Shown one piece after another: positions 63,401-64,000 of a DNA stretch of 64,000 bases. Source of the DNA: the human T2T-CHM13v2.0 reference genome, Homo sapiens; NCBI RefSeq assembly GCF_009914755.1, contig NC_060927.1; one strand, given 5' to 3'. The notes under the pieces are model-generated. The model was given only the letters and a program-made list of their open reading frames with translations, was not told the DNA's origin and made no database searches. A program made the translations under genes and the position numbers. The number at the start of each line of letters is the position of its first letter. Position 1 is the stretch's first letter.

Positions 63401-64000
63401 GTACAAAAAATATCAAAGTATCCAAAGCATGTATTATATACTGTATATAAAATATGAAAGTACATCAAATATATATTTTATTCTGTACATAAAATATCAA
63501 AGTACACCAGATATATATTCTATAGTGTACATAAAATATCAAAGTACCCAAACTATACATTATATACTGTACATAAAATATGAAATTACAGCAAATATAT
63601 ATTATATTAGGTACATAAAATATGAAAGTACATCAAATATAGATTATATACTCTACATTAAATACCAAAGTACCCCAAATATATATTTTATACTGTACAT
63701 GAAATATCAAAGTTCACAAACTATATATTATATACTGTACATAAAATATCAATGTACCCAAGGTATATATTCTATACTGCACAAAAAATATCAAAGTACC
63801 CAAAGCATGTATTATATACTGTATATAAAATATGAAAGTACATCAAATATATATTTTATTCTGTACATAAAATATCAAAGTACACCAGATATATATTCTA
63901 TAGTGTACATAAAATATCAAAGTACCCAAACTATACATTATATACTGTACATAAAATATGAAATTACATCAAATATATATTATATTAGGAACATAAAATA
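60473..64000 (+). repeat. Super-repeat copy D (partial, truncated by window end)
   Basis: ORFs 60473, 61331, 62337, 62540 and 62607 match 44238, 45096, 46102, 46305 and 46372. The window ends at the AGGAACATA variant also seen at ~4972, ~35391 and ~47752. Confidence 0.9.

Larger units (their letters stand above)
1..64000 (+). repeat. HSat1A (human satellite 1A / SAR) tandem array: 42-bp monomer, 378-bp 9-mer HOR; extends beyond both window ends
   Basis: A continuous 42-bp period, consensus ACATAAAATAT(C/G)AAAGT + AC(C/A)(C/T)AAA(C/T)ATATATT(A/T/C)TATACTGT, is seen throughout. It has two GTAC sites per typical monomer, giving the 17+25 bp units classically described for human satellite I. The sequence is very AT-rich and almost CpG-free, with no Alu fragments or GGAAT pentamers. 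Family assignment is from recognition of the consensus; the chromosome of origin cannot be determined from the window. Confidence 0.95.

Noticed and set aside
1-64000. CRISPR-like alternation of a conserved 17-bp unit and a variable 25-bp unit
   Set aside because: The 'spacers' are homologous to each other and cycle every 9 units. There are no unique spacers, leader or cas genes.
1-64000. Other satellite families (HSat1B/DYZ2, HSat2/3, alpha, beta)
   Set aside because: No Alu-derived or GC-richer segments and no regular ~2.4-kb unit. No (CATTC)n, no 171-bp or 68-bp period and no CENP-B box. The single ~2,424-bp offset is just a local duplication.
1-64000. Inversion, transposon insertion or array boundary
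   Set aside because: Orientation is constant and no non-satellite sequence, poly(A) tail or target-site duplication was seen on reading through.
1-64000. TATA-box-like TATATAAA motifs as promoters
   Set aside because: They are expected at this AT content and are part of the repeat unit. There is no supporting promoter context.
1-64000. Assignment to a specific chromosome
   Set aside because: HSat1A arrays occur on several human chromosomes (e.g. 3, 4, 13 and other acrocentrics). Assignment needs alignment to a T2T assembly, which I cannot run.

Overview
The whole 64 kb is one uninterrupted, single-orientation, very AT-rich tandem satellite array. It matches human satellite 1A (HSat1A, RepBase 'SAR'; classical satellite I). 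The 42-bp monomer (e.g. ACATAAAATATCAAAGT-ACCCAAACTATACATTATATACTGT, a 17-bp plus a 25-bp half bounded by GTAC/RsaI sites) is organised as a 378-bp 9-monomer higher-order repeat (HOR). That is roughly 1,500 monomers or 170 HOR equivalents. I see no genes, RNA genes, transposons or unique DNA. All listed ORFs are artefacts of a 42-bp (14-codon) unit with one stop-free frame, but they act as a useful barcode for variants. Reading those variants shows a further hierarchy. A ~12-16 kb super-repeat recurs at 1836, 31877, 44238 and 60473 (with a more diverged start at 13819). Nested duplications have offsets of 499, 961, 1716, 1880, ~2424 and 4836 bp, and there are recurrent 6-, 8- and 13-mer HOR variants. 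A more diverged, shuffled ~19 kb domain lies at ~12.9-31.8 kb. The most intriguing functional hypothesis, which is inference only, is that a + strand transcript would carry a perfect Pumilio element (UGUANAUA) in most monomers. Coordinates of block boundaries were read by eye and are approximate.
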